From Candidatus Bathyarchaeota archaeon (GTDB lineage: Archaea; Thermoproteota; Bathyarchaeia; Bathyarchaeales; Bathycorpusculaceae): a stretch of 64,000 bases of DNA. Shown one piece after another: positions 59,135-64,000 of this stretch. The notes beneath the pieces are model-generated. The model did no database searches and was not told the origin of the DNA. It worked only from the letters and a program-made list of their open reading frames with translations. The DNA is taken from NCBI GenBank assembly GCA_963775465.1, contig CAVZIW010000003.1:332205-396204 (forward strand), in the 5' to 3' direction. Both the position numbers and the translations under genes were made by a program. Numbering within the stretch: the first letter of the stretch is position 1; each line of letters opens with the position of its first letter.

Positions 59135-60176
59135 TGTAGAGTTCCAGCTTTTGCCTTATACTATTTTCATCTGCAGGAAGTTCTTGTGGGTTTATCGCTT
59201 TTAAGATTTTTACTGTTTTGTCAACTTCTGGTTTAGGGTTTGTTTGCCGCAGGATGTTTAGTATTCCCAAAAATCTGGGTGACACTTCATACTTTTGGCT
59301 AAGAAACGCTAGCAGGTTACTGTTAAAACTGTTCTTGGCAAGAATAACCGCCACCGCATCCAGTCCCTCGTGCCTCTTCCCTAAGAAGCAAAGAGGTTGC
59401 TATGTACTCAATGCAGAATTTTTTTCCCTGGGCAATGTTGGTGCCAAATTCGCTGTATCCAAACCTATTAAGGTTAAAGTTTAGGTCTGAATCGGGGATG
59501 CTTAGCGGTTTAGTTTCGGCTTGTAATGTTTTGATTTGGTTTTTTTGGGCTATTTCTTTAATTTGGCGCCAGAACGCTTGAGGATTGTAGAGGGTAATCT
59601 GTTGACTTAGGGCTTCTCGGACTGGGTTAATTTCATCTGAGGTCAACAAATCAAAGAAATCATTGGTATCTAAGATTAGGTTGTTTATTTTTAGGTTAAA
59701 TTTTCGTTGTAGGCTTAGAGCGATTTTTTGGAGCTCTATTGTCTGGTCGAGATAATCAGGAGTTTCATTAAGGACAAGAGCAGTTCGATTCGATTTAGTT
59801 TAGCGTTTTTTATTGGGTTGATTGCGCTAATTGATCTAATGCTGCCTTTGTCACTTAGAGCTTTGTCCATATCGGCAAAGAATGAAAGTAGGTTCGTTTT
59901 ATTGGATAGGAATGCCAGTTTCTTTTCTATTTCCATATCCGATAGAGTATCAATTAAAAGGTAGTTCTCAAAATTCAGTTTGATGCTGGAGGATCGGCCG
60001 ATTGGTTCAAGATTGAGCAAACCTTTCTTTTTTAGGTTTTGTAGTTTCTCGTAAATGTTTGCGTAGTAAGCGGATCCATACTTGCTTTTCATTCGGTTGG
60101 TTAATTCGTTAATTGATAAAGAGTCACCTATGTTGGAGGAAATTGTGTCTAGGATTCGAATTGTGGCTTTATCCAT
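59124..60176 (-). pseudogene. wHTH-containing putative antitoxin/regulator (~350 aa) broken by two single-base frameshifts
   Basis: Three ORFs join at ~59775 (IELL-F-VLNETPDY) and ~59366 (EEAR-GLDAVAVIL); ends IRQKLELYNAL overlapping the next ATG. Confidence 0.7.
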
Positions 60177-60196
60177 TGCTTTTTCCCGCTAATCAC

Positions 60197-60239
60197 TATA
60201 GTAAATTTACTATAATATTATAGTATTGTAACTATAATA
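60197..60239. promoter_or_regulatory. Tandem operator palindromes TATAGT-N6-ACTATA
   Basis: TATAGTAAATTTACTATA (60197-60214, perfect) and TATTATAGT-attgta-ACTATAATA (60216-60239). Confidence 0.8.
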
Positions 60240-60445
60240 AAGATGTTGTTTGCTATCGGAGAATCCGCGATTTAAATTTCAAGCTTTTCATAAAAGTAAA
60301 AGACTGTTAGTATTCTTGCACGTATACCATATGGACCAAGGGTTGATAACCAATAAAATTCTCGGTACGGGAGCAAAACTGTGGTTTGGAATTAGAACTA
60401 TATCGGGAGTATGCTTTCACGAATAGTTTTGTTTTAGGTTTATTT

Positions 60446-61672
60446 TTATGGGATTAGAGTTGTTGTTTGATTTGTTTCTTGTTTGGGTGGTGTTTTTCTT
60501 TTCCATATAAGGTAAGTTGCTTGTATGGTTTGGGCTGTTAGTATCGTTACGGCTAGACCTATGGCTCCGAGAACTTGTCCGAGTACTGCAACTCCGACGA
60601 TGAGGGTGATCATATAGGTTATTCCTCCGGTGAAGACGATTCTGCTGCTTCCTCTTCCCAGTAAGGTAGCGTTTAAGATAGCTACTACGGTGGCGGGGAT
60701 AACAGCTAGACGCATGATTCGTACAATGGGTATTGAGTCTAAGAAGTTAGGGAAGAATTTTTCTATAACTGTGGGGAGAGATAATAGTGCCGCTAAGGCT
60801 GCAAGTATTGAAAATCCAAGGCCTATCAGTTTTATTGTTCTGTTGTTTTTTCCGCTGGATTCTTCGGGTAGTAGGTAGGAGTAAAGGCTCAGAGGTATGA
60901 TGCTTAAGAACATGAAGAACTGGAAAGCTAATTGGTAGAGGCCAAGTAGGTAGTACCCGAAGAGTGGAGCGATTACAAGTTTATCTATGTAGAGCGTGAA
61001 GTTGCGAATGATGTTTGCTCCGTAGCTGTGTAGGGCAAAGTTGCGTTTTAGTTTTATTTCTTTGAACTGTAGTGTGAAGTTCGGGATGGCTCTTGATAGG
61101 TATTTGAAGCTGAAGAGTAGGTTGCCTGCGAAGTAGCCGACCAGTATACCTGTGATGCCGAAGGGGAAGTACAGGATGATGGAGAATACTATCTGTGCAA
61201 TTCTTTGGGCTATAATAAGAAATGCGTATTGGCGGTAGGTTCTTTTGCCTAGTGTTTCTGCTAGGGTCATCATGAAGAAGATCATCGATGCTGCTAGTAT
61301 GCCTGCGGTCCATACGTAGATTGAAAGGATCAAACCTATTACTAATGCAGAAATTAGTGTCAGTGAAGTGGCTTGGTAGTGGATGTTTTTTTCGCCTTTT
61401 GCCAGGAAAGTGATCATCGTGGAATCTAAGCCGACTAAGCCGATGGCGAAGAAAACGTTGGCTAATGCGATGTAGTAGTTGACGACGCCATAGTTGTCGA
61501 CTGCAAGCAATCCAGCCAATGCAAACCAGAATAATCCGCCTAAGACAGATGCGCCCATGTTTCCGATGGTGGTGTACACTAAGCCGGTTTCTTTCTTTAG
61601 AAGACCTCTGGCTTTGTGGAATAAGTTTTTAATTGATAGTTTGCTGGGTTTGAAGTCGGGGATTCTGTCCAT
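60446..61672 (-). CDS. Oligosaccharide flippase (Wzx/MOP family)
   Basis: About 12 TMs, LL....YG, IDKLVI..LFG...LGLY..A. Confidence 0.88.
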   Translation of the reverse strand: MDRIPDFKPSKLSIKNLFHKARGLLKKETGLVYTTIGNMGASVLGGLFWFALAGLLAVDNYGVVNYYIALANVFFAIGLVGLDSTMITFLAKGEKNIHYQATSLTLISALVIGLILSIYVWTAGILAASMIFFMMTLAETLGKRTYRQYAFLIIAQRIAQIVFSIILYFPFGITGILVGYFAGNLLFSFKYLSRAIPNFTLQFKEIKLKRNFALHSYGANIIRNFTLYIDKLVIAPLFGYYLLGLYQLAFQFFMFLSIIPLSLYSYLLPEESSGKNNRTIKLIGLGFSILAALAALLSLPTVIEKFFPNFLDSIPIVRIMRLAVIPATVVAILNATLLGRGSSRIVFTGGITYMITLIVGVAVLGQVLGAIGLAVTILTAQTIQATYLIWKRKTPPKQETNQTTTLIP

Positions 61673-61887
61673 ACTGCAACATGGGTCCTAGGATGGAAAT
61701 TTCGGTGTGATCTACTTAAGAGTTGTTCATTTGGTATAAGTGTAATAACGCGGCAAATTTGTGGTTTGTTGCTGCTGTTTGGTTTATTCTGTTTGTTTTT
61801 TTTGGTTTGGCTAAGAATTTTTGGTTTTAAAAAAAGGAAAGTAGGATGAAAAAGCTCTCTCTCAACTTTTTCATTTTGTTTATTTGT

Positions 61888-63671
61888 TTAACTCGTTATG
61901 CTAAAGTTGTCGCCGTAGATTGTCATTGAGTTCTGTATGCGGTAGGTGTATATTATGCCCATGTCTACGCTTGTGACTGTCGAGTAGCTGCCGGTGTTTG
62001 ATTCTAAGATTTTTTCTCCGTTAACGTACATTGCTGCTATGGAATTTGCTGCGTCCCATTGCAGTGATACTGTGTAGTATTGATCGGTGTCTATGGATAT
62101 TGCTGAGGAAGTGCTTGCTCCGTTTGTGTAGAGTACCCATTTGTCAACGCCATTTTGTTTTTGAATTCCTGCCCAGGCTATGTCTCCGTGATCATCGGCT
62201 AAGCGTATGAGGTAGAGTCTGTCGTTGTTGTCTGCTAGAATTGATCTGCTTGAGTAGCTGTTGTCGATGTAGAAGTTTCCTGTTGCCGTTGCTGTTTGAA
62301 GGTTGACATCTTTGGTTAAGTAGGCGTTTTCTCGTCCGCGTGAACTTCCGCTGGTGTAGAAACGTGCGTCGTAGTCGCCTTGGATTGGGACGCTGTCGTC
62401 TATGGTTACTCTGTCACGGCTTGTTGTGGTTGTGTCGCTCCAGCTGTTTAGGCTTGCAGATTCAAATCCGTCTTGGAATATGGTGTCTGATGATGGAGGT
62501 AGCGTAGGTGGTGTAGGCGTGGTGGGGTTGTGGGTGTTGGTGTTGGAGAAGAGTCGGGTGTGAAGACTGCGTTTAGGGTATGTGTTGTTCCGCTGTTTTG
62601 TGTTGGAATGGTTACTTGTGTTTGGGTGCTGTAGGTGTTTCCGTCGAATTGCCATTTGTCAAAGTTGTATCCTGAATATGGGTTAGCTGTTGCGGTGAAT
62701 GTGTTTTGTGTGTTGACTTGGAATGTTCCTTTCTGGTTGACTGTGCCTCCTGAGCTGGCTGTGACTGTGATGGTCCATTGAGATGTTGTTTGGGTTGGAG
62801 GTGATGTTGGCTGCGGGTTTGTCACTGTTGGGAAGCTTATGCCTAATGATTGGTATCGCGGTAGGTTGTTTAGGTTTTCGTTCATCCACACTGTGTTGCC
62901 TATGCCTAAGTTTGCACATTGCGCCATGAAGGTGTTTAGTTCATCTACGGTGGCTGAGGTGTAGCTGTTGTATTCGTTGAAGTCTGCGCCGATTTCTGTG
63001 TTTATGATTTTGATGCCTCTGCTTAGGGCTGAGTTCATCTGTGACATAGCACCGCCGGGACTCCAACTGTTGAAGTAGTAATGATAGCCCTGGTAGGTGT
63101 TATCCAATGGGTCGTTTATGACGGTCCATGGTTGGTTCCATTTGTCTACTACGATTGGGTTTGTGTAGCCTGCTGATCTGATGTCGTTAACTAATTGTTG
63201 CATGAGAGTGTAGAAGTCGTTTGAGACGTATTCGTTGATGAGTTCGACTGCGACGCGTGGGTTGTTTGGCCAAGTTTGAAGGGTTTCGAAGATGCTGTTT
63301 CTTACTTCATTCCAGTTGCTGCGGGCTGCTGAGGCGCTTGATTCTGTTGGCGGATAGAGATGATTTCGGTCGACGATTATCATATAGTTGCTGTGGTCTA
63401 GGAAGTATTGGACGTACTGTTGGCGGTATGGGTGTGGACCGCTGGCCCATGTCGGGTTGAAGCTCATTCTGTAGGTATTCAAGTCGTTTGCGTTCATTGT
63501 GTTTATTATGGTTTGTACCTGTGATGTTCCTGTGGGGTAGCCGCTTAGTCCTAGGAAGGCATCGTTTGTTGTTGCAGCTTTAACGGTCATTGTTGAGGTC
63601 AACATTGCGGTTGGGATAAGGAGCATTGTTATCAAAAAACTGTAGCATACGAGTCGGTTTATTTTGATCAC
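61888..63671 (-). CDS. Secreted GH5-like glycoside hydrolase + beta-repeat + PT linker + lectin-like domain; one frameshift near 62527
   Basis: Signal peptide, YRMSF, ELINE (acid/base), YHYY, NTEIG (nucleophile), ANPYSGYNFDKW, IFQDGFE. Confidence 0.7.
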
Positions 63672-64000
63672 TTAGTTCCCCCTGAATTTGTTTAACTTTC
63701 GTCAACATTTGGTTAAAGTGTTTTTGCAAAATTCTCTTCGCAAAATTTCCAACATGCGTATATCTTTATGTTTACGATGCTTTTTGGCTCTGCAAAGGAT
63801 GCCTAACAAGGCGCTTTTTTAGTAATTGGGGTTGAAAAAAATTTGGACCTTACTGATTCTTATGAACGGTTGGCTTTTGTTTATCTGGTGTGTTTATATA
63901 TTATTTTACAGTTGATCCTTGTTAGGTGTCACTTTCTGATTCCTTTTAGGAAGGAGTTTTTTATTTTTGAATAATGTATCCTATTTCGTAATAATGCTTT

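Noticed and set aside
1-64000. CRISPR array, rRNA, transposase, intact integrase, SRP or RNase P RNA
   Set aside because: No regular repeat-spacer series or diagnostic motifs seen by eye

Overview
Archaeal chromosomal window, most likely Bathyarchaeia (inferred from SMC, TopoVI, ABCE1, TrmY, Dph6, an intron-bearing tRNA, GGTGA Shine-Dalgarno sites and frequent TTG/GTG starts). Core genes: smc (partial), glyA, serA, dph6, eno-rps2-MEMO1, thiL, ABCE1, top6B/top6A and three tRNAs (Ser-GGA with intron, Thr-CGT, Pro-TGG). Accessory blocks: a GT4/six-hairpin/CBS/GH130 operon, iron and oxygen handling (FprA, multicopper oxidase, DtxR-FeoA/FeoB, catalase/PerR, ferritin-like pair), a sulfur relay (TusA, DsrE), a nitrogen cluster, a frameshifted AbiE-like wHTH + nucleotidyltransferase module and a secreted GH5-like protein. 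Signals missed by the ORF track: a ~110-nt G-U-rich hairpin ncRNA candidate next to a DUF559 nuclease, a box C/D sRNA with a 16S-complementary guide, a 22-aa acidic/Trp micro-peptide gene upstream of ABCE1, zinc-finger micro-ORFs between two tRNAs, non-canonical starts for feoB and catalase, and several operator palindromes. All family calls come from motif recognition, not database searches.
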